Below, one piece after another: positions 33,946 through 42,646 of a stretch of DNA of 64,000 nucleotides. Numbering within the stretch: position 1 is the first letter of the stretch; each line of letters begins with the position of its first letter. The notes beneath the pieces were generated by a model. That model had not been told where the DNA came from and ran no database searches. It was given only the letters and a program-made list of their open reading frames with translations. This DNA is from Odoribacter sp. OttesenSCG-928-L07 (GTDB taxonomy: Bacteria > Bacteroidota > Bacteroidia > Bacteroidales > BM520): NCBI GenBank assembly GCA_030265965.1, contig JAJDHA010000003.1:4418-68417 (forward strand), in the 5' to 3' direction. Both the position numbers and the translations under genes were made by a program.

Positions 33946-34731
33946 ATGAAGAAGCTATTGTTTTTGGCAGCCTTAATATCATTTTTCGCTGTTTCTTGTG
34001 AAAAACCCGAACCGCCCGAACCACCTGAAGAGCCCGAAACTCCTAAGGAGCTTACAAAATATTTGTCATCAATATCTATTTTAGCAGATGATTCAACCCA
34101 ACATGTTATGGAAACATATACTTGGGATGAGAATGATAGGCTGATTGCGATTAAATCTTCAATGAGAACATGTTTTCGTGATGTGACTTTTACCTATGAT
34201 TTGGCTGGTCGAATATCTGAAATTAATGATTATACAAGAACCTTATCGGTGATAAATAATCGATATGAATTTTACTATAATGATGATAATCTCATTGATT
34301 CGGTATTATTCTATGTTGAACGTACAGAAACAACTTTTTTGTCATTAGTATTTTATTACAAGTATGATGCTGATGGGAGAAATACAGAAATTGTAAAAAA
34401 AAGAGCTTCAACAGATTATGAAATGATAAATTATATAGAATGGAACGGAAATAATATAAATAAACTATTTACAAGATATAATAGTCATGATAATTATTTT
34501 ATTAACTGTAATTCACACGATAATATGAATAACCCTTGGTCGGAATGCCCAAAGATAATACTTTTACATACATATGGAATTTTATACAATATTTCAGAAA
34601 ACAATCCATTAAAATTTGAAGATATTGTCTATGAATACGAATATAACGAACTGGATTATCCTATTAAACAATATAGGATTGAGAACGGTGTAAAAACACT
34701 TAAATATATTTTTGAATATAAATACAAATAA
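33946..34731 (+). CDS. Lipoprotein with YD/RHS-like short repeats, paralogue A
   Basis: Lipobox FFAVSC followed by EKPEPPEPPEEPE linker. YTWDENDRL, FTYDLAGRI and YKYDADGRN motifs. Confidence 0.6.
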   Translation: MKKLLFLAALISFFAVSCEKPEPPEPPEEPETPKELTKYLSSISILADDSTQHVMETYTWDENDRLIAIKSSMRTCFRDVTFTYDLAGRISEINDYTRTLSVINNRYEFYYNDDNLIDSVLFYVERTETTFLSLVFYYKYDADGRNTEIVKKRASTDYEMINYIEWNGNNINKLFTRYNSHDNYFINCNSHDNMNNPWSECPKIILLHTYGILYNISENNPLKFEDIVYEYEYNELDYPIKQYRIENGVKTLKYIFEYKYK

Positions 34732-34740
34732 AATAATACT

Positions 34741-35523
34741 ATGAAGATACAATATTTTTTAACAGCCATATTTTTAATTCTTCTCTTGACAGTTTCCTGT
34801 GAAAAACCCGAACCGCCCGATGAACCAACTCAAAAGATAAAATATATATCTAAAGTTTTAAATAAAGATTCATTAGAAGTTTGTGAAAGTTATACTTGGG
34901 ATTCTCAGAAACGCTTGAAGAAATTTAATACAAGACTATCAGGTTGGTTGCAAGAATGTAGCTTTTTCTACAATGCAGAGGGACTCATTTCGCATGTGGA
35001 TTTTTTTAGTTTTGAATATGGATATGGTAATTATATGTTTTATTGGAAAAATGATAATAAATTGGATTATATTGATTTTAATCTGGTGACTGCTAATGAA
35101 AACCAGATGTTTCAACGCATAATGAAATATGAGTATTCATTTGATAATGAGAGCAATTGCTCTGAAATTATTCTTGAACATTACGCTGGCATGAATTACA
35201 AAGACAAATACTTTTTTGAATGGGAAAAAGGTAATTTGACAAAATGTTATACTTTAAATGGAGCAGATACATCTTATGTTACTCCTGCAAATAATATACA
35301 GTATGATAATAACCCCAGTTGGCGAACAACTTTTTCCAAAATACCGTTATTTCATTTTGGTGTATTTGTTTATATTCCATCAAACAATAATCCTATTAAA
35401 AACGGCTATTATAATTTTGAATATGATTACGATGAAGACGGATATCCAATAAGACAATATTACATTGTTGATGGCAAAAAAGAGCTTATGTACTTTTTCG
35501 TTTACGAAGAACTTCCGGAATAA
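34741..35523 (+). CDS. Lipoprotein with YD/RHS-like short repeats, paralogue B
   Basis: Lipobox LLTVSC followed by EKPEPPDEP. YTWDSQKRL. C-terminal FEYDYDEDGYPIRQY parallels YEYEYNELDYPIKQY of paralogue A. Confidence 0.6.
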   Translation: MKIQYFLTAIFLILLLTVSCEKPEPPDEPTQKIKYISKVLNKDSLEVCESYTWDSQKRLKKFNTRLSGWLQECSFFYNAEGLISHVDFFSFEYGYGNYMFYWKNDNKLDYIDFNLVTANENQMFQRIMKYEYSFDNESNCSEIILEHYAGMNYKDKYFFEWEKGNLTKCYTLNGADTSYVTPANNIQYDNNPSWRTTFSKIPLFHFGVFVYIPSNNNPIKNGYYNFEYDYDEDGYPIRQYYIVDGKKELMYFFVYEELPE

Positions 35524-35584
35524 AATCTGCGTGCATCTGTCAAATCTGTGTCATCTGTGTGCGAAACATTAACTTATATAAAAA

Positions 35585-35609
35585 AGTTCCCTTTAGGGGA
35601 TTTAGGGGC
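35585..35609 (+). repeat. 27-bp hairpin element (one substitution)
   Basis: GTTCCCTTTAGGGGATTTAGGGGCA, adjacent to the boundary element at 35615. Confidence 0.85.
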
Positions 35610-35614
35610 AAAAA

Positions 35615-35651
35615 TATTCTGTCAATTCTGCAAATTTTGTCATTCTGTCTA
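35615..35651 (-). repeat. 37-bp boundary element
   Basis: ATTCTGTCAATTCTGCAAATTTTGTCATTCTGTCTAT. Confidence 0.9.
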
Positions 35652-35723
35652 TCAGTATAGCATGATTTAAGCACATTGAAATAATGCTGCAAAATATTTC
35701 TACTTATTCTAAAATAAAAACAC

Positions 35724-35731
35724 TATTTTTG
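35724..35731 (+). promoter_or_regulatory. -7 box TATTTTTG (ftsK)
   Basis: 26 nt before ATG 35758. Confidence 0.5.
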
Positions 35732-35757
35732 CAGTTAGTTTTAATAATTTCCCATGC

Positions 35758-38235
35758 ATGTCAAAGAATAAGTTAAGAAGCTCTAAACCACAAGATACAA
35801 AACCTGTAGAAAAATCTAAAGGTAAAAAACCCAACAAAAAATCTAAGAAAAAAATAAAAAAAGATTCTTGGCTAAAAAGAAATAAAAAGGCTGTAAATAT
35901 GTCTTTCGGAATTCTTTTTATGGTTGTTGCTTTGTATTCTGCTTTGGCAATGGTTTCTTATACTGTCAATACTTTTAATGGTAAAGTTGATAATATAAAT
36001 TTAGATTCTTCCACAGTCACTTCTTGGCAATATTTAATGGTGGGAAACGGAAATAATTTTACGGGAAATCTCGGAGATGTTATTGCAAACTTCTTGGTTA
36101 AGGAGTGTTTTGGATTAGGCTCAATCTTTTTGATTTTAGTATTATTTCATTACGGATTTTTACTGACTTTCGGCAAGAAATTGATAAATCGTAAATATGT
36201 CTTGCCTGTAAATCTTCTGATTGCTTTGTGGTTCTCATTGTTTTTTGCTGTTGTCTTTAATAATAACGAGCCTTATGTGTCAATCTTTTCCGGTTATATT
36301 GGTCAAAATTTGTTTGAAGCTTTTAGGCATATAACAGGATTTGTAGGAACTCTAATCATTTTACTTGTGTTAATGTTCGTATTCATTGGAGTACGTTACA
36401 AACTGAATGTGTTGAATCTTTTTAAGAATATTAAAATCGGGAAGAAGAGTGATGAGAATGACGAGAATGACGGAATTGATAATGATGGCGATGATGATGA
36501 AAGTGGCGATTGTTTTGATGATGATGAACAAGAGGGAGATGATATAAGTGACATTGATGGCGATGGTGAAGAGTGGAACGAAGAGGATGGAAGAGATGAT
36601 GGCGGCAATAATTCTTCGGAAGTTGAGAATGATGATGAAAATTTTGAATTAACAGATATTACTGTCGTAAGACCTGATGAAGAATCCATTGATGAAAAAG
36701 AGTTTAAAAAGCAGATAGTTCTTGAGATGGAAGATATTGACCCGCGCGATGAACTTCCGAGATATAAAATGCCAACGATTGACCTTTTGGAAAATTATGG
36801 CGGCGACACGGTATCTATAACCGATGAAGAAATTGAAAAAAATAGACAGAATATCAAAAATACTTTGTTGACTTACTCTATTGAAATCATTTCAATTAAG
36901 GCTACGGTTGGACCAACAATTACTCTTTATGAAATTGTTCCGGCGCCGGGAGTCAGAATCTCAAAAATAAAAAATCTGGAAGATGATATTGCTCTTAGTC
37001 TCGCAGCCATTGGTATTCGTATTATCGCACCAATACCGGGTAAAGGAACAATCGGTATTGAAGTGCCAAACAGCAAACCGCAAATAGTAGCAATGCGCTC
37101 TGTGCTTTCATCCAAAAAATTCGTTGAAAGTAATTTTGAACTTCCAATAGCTTTAGGTAAAACTATTTCCAACGAAAGTTTTGTGGCTGATCTTACGAAA
37201 ATGCCCCACTTGCTTGTCGCTGGTGCAACAGGACAAGGTAAATCTGTCGGATTGAACGCAATCATCTCATCATTACTATACAAAAAACATCCTGCACAAC
37301 TCAAATTTGTGATGATTGATCCAAAAAAAGTTGAACTTTCACTATTTAGTAAAATTGAAAAACATTATCTTGCTAAATTGCCGGATCTTGATGAAGCAAT
37401 TATTACAGATACAAAACATGTTGTTAATACTCTCAATTCTCTTCTAATTGAAATGTCTTCAAGGTATGAATTGCTGAAAATGTCGGGAGTGCGAAATATA
37501 AAAGAATACAATACAAAATATCTTGCACGCAGATTAAATCCTGAAAATGGACATAGATATTTGCCTTATATTGTTGTAATTATTGATGAGTTTGCCGACT
37601 TAATTATGACTGCAGGAAAAGAAGTTGAGGTGCCACTAACGCGTTTGGCACAACTTGCGCGTGCCGTTGGTATTCATCTTGTTATTGCAACTCAGAGGCC
37701 TTCAGTTAATATAATCACAGGTACAATTAAAGCGAACTTTCCGGCACGTTTGGCTTTCAGGGTTGTTCAAAAAATTGACTCGAGAACAATTCTTGATACC
37801 GGCGGCGCCGACCAACTGATTGGTCGCGGCGATATGCTGCTTTCTACCGGCAGTGATCTAATTCGTATGCAATGTGCATTTATTGATACGGAAGAGGTTA
37901 TGCGACTAACTGATTTTATTGGTTCACAAGCAGGATATGCTACTGCATTGTTGTTGCCTGAATATTCAGGAGATTCTGCCGAAACTAATCTTAGAGATGA
38001 TATCGGCGACCGTGATGAAATGTTCGCACAAGCCGCAAGATTAGTGGTTCTAAATCAGCACGGCTCGACATCTTTATTACAGCGTAAACTAAATCTTGGA
38101 TATAATCGCGCCGGAAGAATTATGGATCAACTCGAAGCAGCCGGAGTTGTTGGTCCGCAAGAAGGAAGTAAAGCACGCGAAGTTTATGTGCATAGCGAGA
38201 TGGAATTGGAGGTGATTTTGAATCCGGAAGGATAG
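35758..38235 (+). CDS. ftsK: DNA translocase FtsK
   Basis: 825 aa. N-terminal TM helices, acidic D/E-rich linker, motor VAGATGQGKS and IIDEFADL, gamma domain at the C-terminus. Stop TAG lies inside the boundary repeat. Confidence 0.9.
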   Translation: MSKNKLRSSKPQDTKPVEKSKGKKPNKKSKKKIKKDSWLKRNKKAVNMSFGILFMVVALYSALAMVSYTVNTFNGKVDNINLDSSTVTSWQYLMVGNGNNFTGNLGDVIANFLVKECFGLGSIFLILVLFHYGFLLTFGKKLINRKYVLPVNLLIALWFSLFFAVVFNNNEPYVSIFSGYIGQNLFEAFRHITGFVGTLIILLVLMFVFIGVRYKLNVLNLFKNIKIGKKSDENDENDGIDNDGDDDESGDCFDDDEQEGDDISDIDGDGEEWNEEDGRDDGGNNSSEVENDDENFELTDITVVRPDEESIDEKEFKKQIVLEMEDIDPRDELPRYKMPTIDLLENYGGDTVSITDEEIEKNRQNIKNTLLTYSIEIISIKATVGPTITLYEIVPAPGVRISKIKNLEDDIALSLAAIGIRIIAPIPGKGTIGIEVPNSKPQIVAMRSVLSSKKFVESNFELPIALGKTISNESFVADLTKMPHLLVAGATGQGKSVGLNAIISSLLYKKHPAQLKFVMIDPKKVELSLFSKIEKHYLAKLPDLDEAIITDTKHVVNTLNSLLIEMSSRYELLKMSGVRNIKEYNTKYLARRLNPENGHRYLPYIVVIIDEFADLIMTAGKEVEVPLTRLAQLARAVGIHLVIATQRPSVNIITGTIKANFPARLAFRVVQKIDSRTILDTGGADQLIGRGDMLLSTGSDLIRMQCAFIDTEEVMRLTDFIGSQAGYATALLLPEYSGDSAETNLRDDIGDRDEMFAQAARLVVLNQHGSTSLLQRKLNLGYNRAGRIMDQLEAAGVVGPQEGSKAREVYVHSEMELEVILNPEG

Positions 38236-38279
38236 ACAGAATGATAGACAGAATGACAAAATTTGCAGAATTAACAGAG
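38232..38279 (+). repeat. 37-bp boundary element with duplicated head
   Basis: ATAGACAGAATGATAGACAGAATGACAAAATTTGCAGAATTAACAGAG. Contains the ftsK stop. Confidence 0.9.
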
Positions 38280-38284
38280 TTTTC

Positions 38285-38393
38285 GTCACTTGTCACCCGT
38301 CACATGTCACGCGTCACACGTCACGCGTCACACGTCACACGTCACACGTCACACGTCACTCGTCACACGTCACACGTCACCCATCCCCGTCAC
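38285..38393 (+). repeat. GTCACNC array (~109 bp, GTCACAC-rich variant)
   Basis: GTCACTTGTCACCCGTCACATGTCACGCGTCACACGTCAC.... Overlaps the 3-prime end of the FAD protein gene. Confidence 0.95.
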
Positions 38394-39929
38394 TTTCTCC
38401 GCAACACTCACTCCATCAATAGCAGATGAAACTATCCCACCCGCATATCCTGCGCCTTCTCCGCAAGGATAAAGATTCTTGATTTCAACGTGTTGGAAGG
38501 TCTCGCGGTCTCTTACAATTCGCACCGGCGATGAGGTGCGCGACTCAAGTCCAATCAATAAAGCATCTCCTGTGTAAAACCCTCGGAGTTTTTTGTCGAA
38601 ATCTACAAATGCTCGTTTTAGCCGATTGGAAATGAAGTTTGGAAGCATGATTTGAATCGGAGCCGAAATTAATCCGGGAACATAAGAACTCTTTCGCAAT
38701 TCTGTAGAAATAATATTCTTAGTGAAATCCGTCATCCTTTGTGCAGGCGCTTGAAGTGTATTGCCTCGATGGTCGAAAAATCTACTTTCTAAGTCCTGGC
38801 GAAATCTTAAATTTTGTAACGCTCCAAATTTTGAAAATTCTACCGTATCATTACCATCAACGGAAACAACAATTCCTGAATTAGCGAATTTTCCACTTCG
38901 CGATGAGTTCGACATTCCGTTGACAACAAGTTCTCCTTTGTTAGTCATTGCAGGAACAATAATTCCACCCGGACACATACAAAAGGAGAAAACGCCTTTC
39001 CCGTCAACTTGCGTTACTAAACTGTAAGTTGCCGGTGGAAGATTATATTTTTCTCTTAATCCGTGGTATTGCACATCATCAATCAATTTCTGATAATGTT
39101 CAACACGCACACCCAAAGCAAAATCTTTTGCTTCGATTTTTATCTTTTTATCATTAAGAAACTCGTAAATATCATTTGCAGAATGTCCTGTTGCTAAAAT
39201 AACAGCTTTGCCCGAAAAACTATTTCCATTTTGGTCGATAACTTTATCAATGATGTTGTTCTTGATTATGAAATCACAAACTTTTGTGTTGAAAAGATAT
39301 TCGCCGCCATGAGAAGTTATTGTGTTTCTGATGTTTTCCATAATTGTGGAAAGTTTATCAGTGCCAATATGCGGATGCGCATCAACAAGAATATCTTTGG
39401 ATGCACCGTGCATGACCAATAATTCAAGAATTTCGTTAACATTGCCGCGTTTTGTAGATCGGGTGAAAAGCTTTCCATCGGAGAATGTTCCGGCGCCGCC
39501 TTCTCCAAAGCAATAGTTTGAGTCTTCATTAACAATATTGCTACGATTAAGTTGAGCAATATCCAATTTCCTTTGGTGAATATCTTTTCCGCGTTCTAAG
39601 ATAATCGGTTTCAGTCCATTTTGAATTAATTTTAATGCAGCAAATAATCCTGCCGGACCGGCGCCAACAATTATTACCGGCGTTGCATTAGCAACATTTT
39701 TAAAATCAAAAGTTTTAATGCTCTTTTCGGGAAAATCGTTTCCTGAATAAACAGCAACTTTTAGTTGATAAGAAATCTTTCTTCCTCGCGCATCAATTGA
39801 GCGACGTAATATTCTAACATCATTAATATCTGAAGTTTTAATTCCTATAGATTTCCCCGCCGATAATTTTATTTCGTCATAATTGTTTACCAGCTCAGGA
39901 GGAATGTTTATGTTAATTTCATTAATCAT
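38370..39929 (-). CDS. FAD-dependent oxidoreductase (COG2509-type)
   Basis: 519 aa. IIVGAGPAGLFAALKL dinucleotide motif. The last ~8 codons and the TGA stop lie in a GTCAC array. Overlaps the upstream porin gene by 8 nt. Confidence 0.8.
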   Translation of the reverse strand: MINEININIPPELVNNYDEIKLSAGKSIGIKTSDINDVRILRRSIDARGRKISYQLKVAVYSGNDFPEKSIKTFDFKNVANATPVIIVGAGPAGLFAALKLIQNGLKPIILERGKDIHQRKLDIAQLNRSNIVNEDSNYCFGEGGAGTFSDGKLFTRSTKRGNVNEILELLVMHGASKDILVDAHPHIGTDKLSTIMENIRNTITSHGGEYLFNTKVCDFIIKNNIIDKVIDQNGNSFSGKAVILATGHSANDIYEFLNDKKIKIEAKDFALGVRVEHYQKLIDDVQYHGLREKYNLPPATYSLVTQVDGKGVFSFCMCPGGIIVPAMTNKGELVVNGMSNSSRSGKFANSGIVVSVDGNDTVEFSKFGALQNLRFRQDLESRFFDHRGNTLQAPAQRMTDFTKNIISTELRKSSYVPGLISAPIQIMLPNFISNRLKRAFVDFDKKLRGFYTGDALLIGLESRTSSPVRIVRDRETFQHVEIKNLYPCGEGAGYAGGIVSSAIDGVSVAEKVTGMGDV

Positions 39930-41826
39930 GGAAATACCAACTTACGCCGAACTTGAATTGTCTGTCGTTTAACGGATAATGAGGAACACCAATATAATTA
40001 TGCCCAAGTAGTCCTTCTGCAACATTAACAAACTCCACAAAAATTCTTGCTCTTTTAACTTGAAGTCTTATATAAGCATTCAAATACGGATAATTGCCTG
40101 TTTTGATTTCATCTTGAAGATAAAAAGAATGTAAGGAAGGCAAATAAGCTTCAGCATAGAAAGGCGTATTGTAAATTACATCAAACCCGATTTGCGCAAA
40201 TAATGCTCTTTTAAATAATGGTTGTTTATATATAAAGGTAATCTTTCCGGTGAAATCCGGAACGCGAACAATTTCTTTATTGCTGACGAATTGATAGACA
40301 AAGCTTCCGCTGATTTCAAAACGTTTTAAATCGTATATTGCGGAGAAATATGCAGTTAAATAACTAACGGCGCCTTCATGTTGTTGAGGTGAAATATTTT
40401 GATCAAGGTAGGAGTAATTATTTAATAACATGTATTTTGCGCCGAGTTTTAATCCGTTATATCTTGCAGCTATTTCCGCCTGATTGTAGAAAACCTTCTT
40501 AAAAGAATTTTCCCAAACAGTATTTGTAGTGCTAATGTGAGTGTACATCCAAGGCACATCAGTCGCTGCGGAAGTATATTTTCCTTCGAAAGAGAATTTC
40601 TTGTAATCGTAATTTATCAATCCGGAGATATTGTAATCGCCATTATTATAATTTCCAAAAGAAAAATGTGCTTCAGGAATTAACGAAAATCCGGCGAACT
40701 TGATTGAAAATTTCCCATAAGGAATAATGTTATAAACTTTGCTTTTATCAATTCCTTCCTGACTTGTAGTAATATACACTCCTTCACCGGAAATGTTTAC
40801 TTTGTTGGCAAAAGTGTGATATGTAATATTGTGAAAATCAATATCTGCTCCAACTTCGAATTGGAATTTACTATTGTTATTATTATCAAAATTAGTGAAA
40901 GCAAAATTATTTTTCACACTTTTAAAAACAGTAGAATCGAAGATTGCGGAATTATCGTTTGTGTAAAAATGTTCGTAAAAATCGAGATTTGGTTTTGTGT
41001 CATTGTAGATATTTCTGTCGCGGATATAGCTGATGCTATGTTGGAGTTGCAAAAAGTTTTCCTTTCTTGTTGAGTCTGCTTTAAACAATTTGAAATACTG
41101 ATGAAAATGCCATCCTCCGCGTTTAATAAAATTTGATGCAGCAGATAAATTTACGTTAATTGTCTTCCTGTTTTTCTCGATATTTTCAGTGAAATCAGTA
41201 TCATTTTTAATGCCGCCGTTTTCCATTACATTTAATCGGGTGTGATAATATGCAACAAGGAATCCGTAACGATAGTCGCGCGTATGAAATCGAAAGTTAG
41301 AATTAAAATTTGCATTCTTAGCCGTTTGTCGAGTATAAAATCCGTCGTTTTTCAAAAAATTGAAATTAAATCCGAACGAAATTGTTTTGCCCAAGTTTTG
41401 ATTATGTTCAGCATTGAAATAACTTTCGTCGCGTTCGCTACCAGGTGCTTGCGAATAGAATAAATTAAAGTAAGGTTTATCAGAAGAAAAAAGCTTTGTG
41501 TTATCCGTCGATTGAAGATAACTTTCAAAACCGTCATAATTATAATAATACCCTGATTTTAAATTAGGCGTGAAAATAAGTGACCGGTGAGCGTGTCCAG
41601 TATTAGAAGTTACATTGTAAAAGTTCCCATGTTTATATAATTCATCATTAATATGAAATTCGTAAAGCGTTGTATCAAGAACTTTTAATGATGAAGAACT
41701 TAGTGGAAAATCTTTTAGATATCCGTAGTAAATTGTGAGCGAATCCGGTAATGTTTGTGAGAATGTTTGTTGAGAAACAACAAACATCAAGCAAACGACA
41801 GATAATATTGGTATTAATTTCTTCAC
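39922..41826 (-). CDS. Putative outer-membrane beta-barrel (porin-like) protein
   Basis: Alternating aromatic/polar beta-strand pattern, ending WYFHD. Start set to GTG 41826 (VKKLIPILSVVCLMFVVSQQTFSQ signal peptide). The 70 upstream codons of ORF 39922-42036 translate the promoter cassette and a GTGAC array. Confidence 0.6.
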   Translation of the reverse strand: MKKLIPILSVVCLMFVVSQQTFSQTLPDSLTIYYGYLKDFPLSSSSLKVLDTTLYEFHINDELYKHGNFYNVTSNTGHAHRSLIFTPNLKSGYYYNYDGFESYLQSTDNTKLFSSDKPYFNLFYSQAPGSERDESYFNAEHNQNLGKTISFGFNFNFLKNDGFYTRQTAKNANFNSNFRFHTRDYRYGFLVAYYHTRLNVMENGGIKNDTDFTENIEKNRKTINVNLSAASNFIKRGGWHFHQYFKLFKADSTRKENFLQLQHSISYIRDRNIYNDTKPNLDFYEHFYTNDNSAIFDSTVFKSVKNNFAFTNFDNNNNSKFQFEVGADIDFHNITYHTFANKVNISGEGVYITTSQEGIDKSKVYNIIPYGKFSIKFAGFSLIPEAHFSFGNYNNGDYNISGLINYDYKKFSFEGKYTSAATDVPWMYTHISTTNTVWENSFKKVFYNQAEIAARYNGLKLGAKYMLLNNYSYLDQNISPQQHEGAVSYLTAYFSAIYDLKRFEISGSFVYQFVSNKEIVRVPDFTGKITFIYKQPLFKRALFAQIGFDVIYNTPFYAEAYLPSLHSFYLQDEIKTGNYPYLNAYIRLQVKRARIFVEFVNVAEGLLGHNYIGVPHYPLNDRQFKFGVSWYFHD

Positions 41827-41830
41827 AGCG

Positions 41831-41882
41831 CAAAGATAACAAATAGTTGAAAATTGAAAAGTGAAAACTGAAAGATGAAAGA
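41831..41882 (-). promoter_or_regulatory. Degenerate heptad promoter cassette in front of the porin-like gene
   Basis: Minus strand reads CTTTCATCTTTCAGTTTTCACTTTTCAATTTTCAACTATTTGTTATCTTTG. The GTG start is only 4 nt after the -7 box. Confidence 0.5.
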
Positions 41883-41893
41883 TTTTTTTAGAA

Positions 41894-42040
41894 GTGACGT
41901 GTGACAAGTGACGTGTGACAAGTGACGTGTGACAAGTGACGTTTGACAGTGTGACGAGTGACGAGTGACGGGTGACGGGTGACGAGTGACGAGTGACGGG
42001 TGACGAGTGACGAGTATGACGAGTGACGGGTGACAAGTGA
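41894..42040 (-). repeat. GTCACNC array in inverted orientation (~147 bp)
   Basis: Plus strand reads GTGACGTGTGACAAGTGACGTGTGAC...GACGGGTGACGAGTGAC. Confidence 0.95.
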
Positions 42041-42120
42041 AAGATTTTTTATGCGTGAAAGTATAAAGGTGCAAAAGCGCGAAGGGAAGAAAGCGCGAAA
42101 GCTTGAAATGACAACAAATA

Positions 42121-42192
42121 TTCCCCGTAGGGGATTCATATCAATAGGCGCGAAGCGCCGAAATAATTCAGCCCAAAGCCGTCAGGCTTGGG
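42121..42192 (-). repeat. Three-hairpin GC-rich composite element, inverted copy
   Basis: The reverse complement aligns to 22614-22684 with a few substitutions, some of them in loops (TAAC vs TGAC, TGC vs TAC). Confidence 0.85.
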
Positions 42193-42247
42193 TTACGAGA
42201 AATGAAACAATGATCATTTTTGCGAATGTTATGATAAATGAAACAAC

Positions 42248-42352
42248 GATTGTTCAGCGCCGCGTGAGGGATTGCAGCGATACCCCGCAGCGAGCGTTAG
42301 CGAGCGAGGAGTAAAGCGGAAAGCCCGACCCGAGTGAAGCGAGGGGCACGCC
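42248..42352 (+). repeat. GC-rich dispersed element (~105 bp), intact copy
   Basis: Near-identical to 26505-26610, with a handful of substitutions by eye. Confidence 0.9.
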
Positions 42353-42505
42353 ATAATAGTTGAAAATTAAAAGTTTTTTTAGAAGTGACAAGTGACGGGC
42401 ATGGGATCGTAATATTGAGAATCACATAATAAAAGTTGCCAGAGCCTGCCGAAGGCGACAATACTGGGGCTTCGACAGGCTCAGCCCCCGCCAATAATAA
42501 CATCA

Positions 42506-42593
42506 TCACCCGTCACTTGTCACTTGTCACTTGTCACTCGTCACCCGTCACACGTCACTCGTCACTCGTCACTCGTCACCCGTCACTCGTCAC
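42506..42593 (+). repeat. GTCACNC array (~88 bp)
   Basis: TCACCCGTCACTTGTCACTTGTCACTTGTCACTCGTCACCCGTCACACGTCAC..., ending at the secDF terminator A-run. Confidence 0.95.
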
Positions 42594-42620
42594 AAAAAAA
42601 GGCCATCTCAAGAGACAGCC
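42594..42620 (-). terminator. Probable intrinsic terminator after secDF
   Basis: Minus strand reads GGCTGTCT-CTTG-AGATGGCC (8-bp stem with 2 G-T pairs) followed by TTTTTTT. Confidence 0.5.
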
Positions 42621-42646
42621 TTTCATATATTAAGATTAATCTTGTC

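Noticed and set aside
36440-36660. Very acidic D/E-rich segment in FtsK, which also gives a Ser-rich antisense ORF at 36396-36689.
   Set aside because: FtsK linkers are normally low-complexity and variable. The frame is intact and the flanking domains are normal.
41940-42035. G-quadruplex potential of the GGGTGAC-containing strand of the GTGAC array.
   Set aside because: The GGG runs are few and separated by long, irregular spacers. Most units are GAGTGAC or AAGTGAC, so canonical G4 formation is unlikely.
41827-42036. A 70-codon N-terminal extension of the porin ORF back to ATG 42036.
   Set aside because: The extension translates the promoter cassette and a GTGAC array. A proper signal peptide begins at GTG 41826.
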